Source: Eledone cirrhosa (taxonomy: Eukaryota). Taken from it: a DNA stretch of 64,000 nt. The position numbers and the translations under genes were made by a program. Positions within the stretch are counted from its first letter, which is position 1. Every line of letters begins with the position of its first letter. The notes under the pieces were generated by a model. It made no database searches. It had not been told where the DNA came from and saw nothing but the letters and a program-made list of their open reading frames with translations. This document shows positions 63,201 to 64,000 of the stretch, piece after piece. The DNA is taken from assembly GCA_964016885.1 (NCBI GenBank), contig OZ024743.1, positions 350,982,001 to 351,046,000 on the forward strand, written 5' to 3'.

Positions 63201-64000
63201 TACTGCTGCTGCTATTACTGTTACTACTACTGTTTATGCTGCTGCTGTTGTGTTACTTCTGCTGCTATTACTGTTACTACTACTGTTGATGATGCTGCTG
63301 TTGTGTTACTGCTGCTGCTATTACTGTTACTACTACTGTTGATGATGCTGCTGTTGTGTTACTGCTGCTGCTATTACTGTTACTACTACTGTTGGTGCTG
63401 CTGTTGTGTTAATGCTGCTGCTATTACTGTTACTACTACTGTTGGTGCTGCTGCTGTTGTGTTACTGCTGCTGCTATTACTGTTTCTACTACTGTTGATG
63501 CTGCTGCTGTTGTGTTACTGCTGCTGCTATTACTGTTACTACTACTGTTGATGCTGCTGCTGTTGTGTTACTGCTGCTGCTATTGCTGTTTCTACTACTG
63601 TTGATGCTGCTGCTGTTGTGTTACTGCTGCTGCTATTACTGTTACTACTACTGTTTATGCTGCTGCTGTTGTGTTACTGCTGCTGCTATTACTGTTACTA
63701 CTACTGTTGATGATGCTGCTGTTGTGTTACTGCTGCTGCTATTACTGTTACTACTACTGTTTATGTTGCTGCTGTTGTGTTACTGCTGCTGCTATTGCTG
63801 TTACTACTACTGTTGATGATGCTGCTGTTACTGTTACTACTACTGTTTATGCTGCTGCTGTTGTGTTACTGCTGCTGCTATTACTGTTACTATTACTGTT
63901 GATGCTGCTGCTGTTGTGTTACTGCTGCTGCTATTACTGTTACTACTACTGTTGATGCTACTGCTGTTGTGTTACTGCTGCTGCTATTGCTGTTACTACT
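45230..64000. repeat. 53-bp satellite (gttgatgctgctgctgttgtgttactgctgctgctattactgttactactact)n with higher-order duplications; continues past the window end
   Basis: Direct reading of the unit; roughly 350 copies; variant blocks recur at offsets 900, 1165, 2062/2115 and 3016 bp. Confidence 0.97.

Noticed and set aside
45230-64000. Many Leu/Cys/Tyr/Ala/Thr-rich ORFs suggesting a repetitive structural protein
   Set aside because: The 53-bp unit is not a multiple of 3 and cycles through frames containing stops; ORF length depends only on gat>tat variants.

Overview
Eukaryotic, AT-rich, repeat-saturated genomic DNA. The SINE families and (TA)n/(CA)n density suggest a coleoid cephalopod such as Octopus (inference). 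I found no supportable host gene; almost all listed ORFs are microsatellite or satellite translations. 1-45 kb is a patchwork of retroelements: a 5'-truncated but uninterrupted Penelope-like element (PLE; RT + GIY-YIG, Naiad-like, 16.7-20.4 kb), other PLE fragments and tails in (TA)n, Tx1-like, RTE-like and R4/Dong-like LINE remnants, tRNA-derived SINEs and small MITEs. 45.2-64 kb is a 53-bp satellite with higher-order duplications. The main hidden signal is RNA-level: about 17 type I hammerhead ribozyme (HHR) motifs, read by eye, ranging from intact to degenerate. Six lie in a ~420-bp tandem plus inverted array (20.9-23.5 kb) that looks like a non-LTR retrozyme. A seventh lies in a divergent 467-bp homologue fused head-to-head to the truncated 5' end of the PLE. 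The two families share the HHR architecture, an octamer (ATGCAAAT)-containing block, a GCTGGACAC motif and the same integration end-point. This suggests a retrozyme/PLE system with a possible snRNA-type promoter. Ribozyme activity and transcription are untested inferences.
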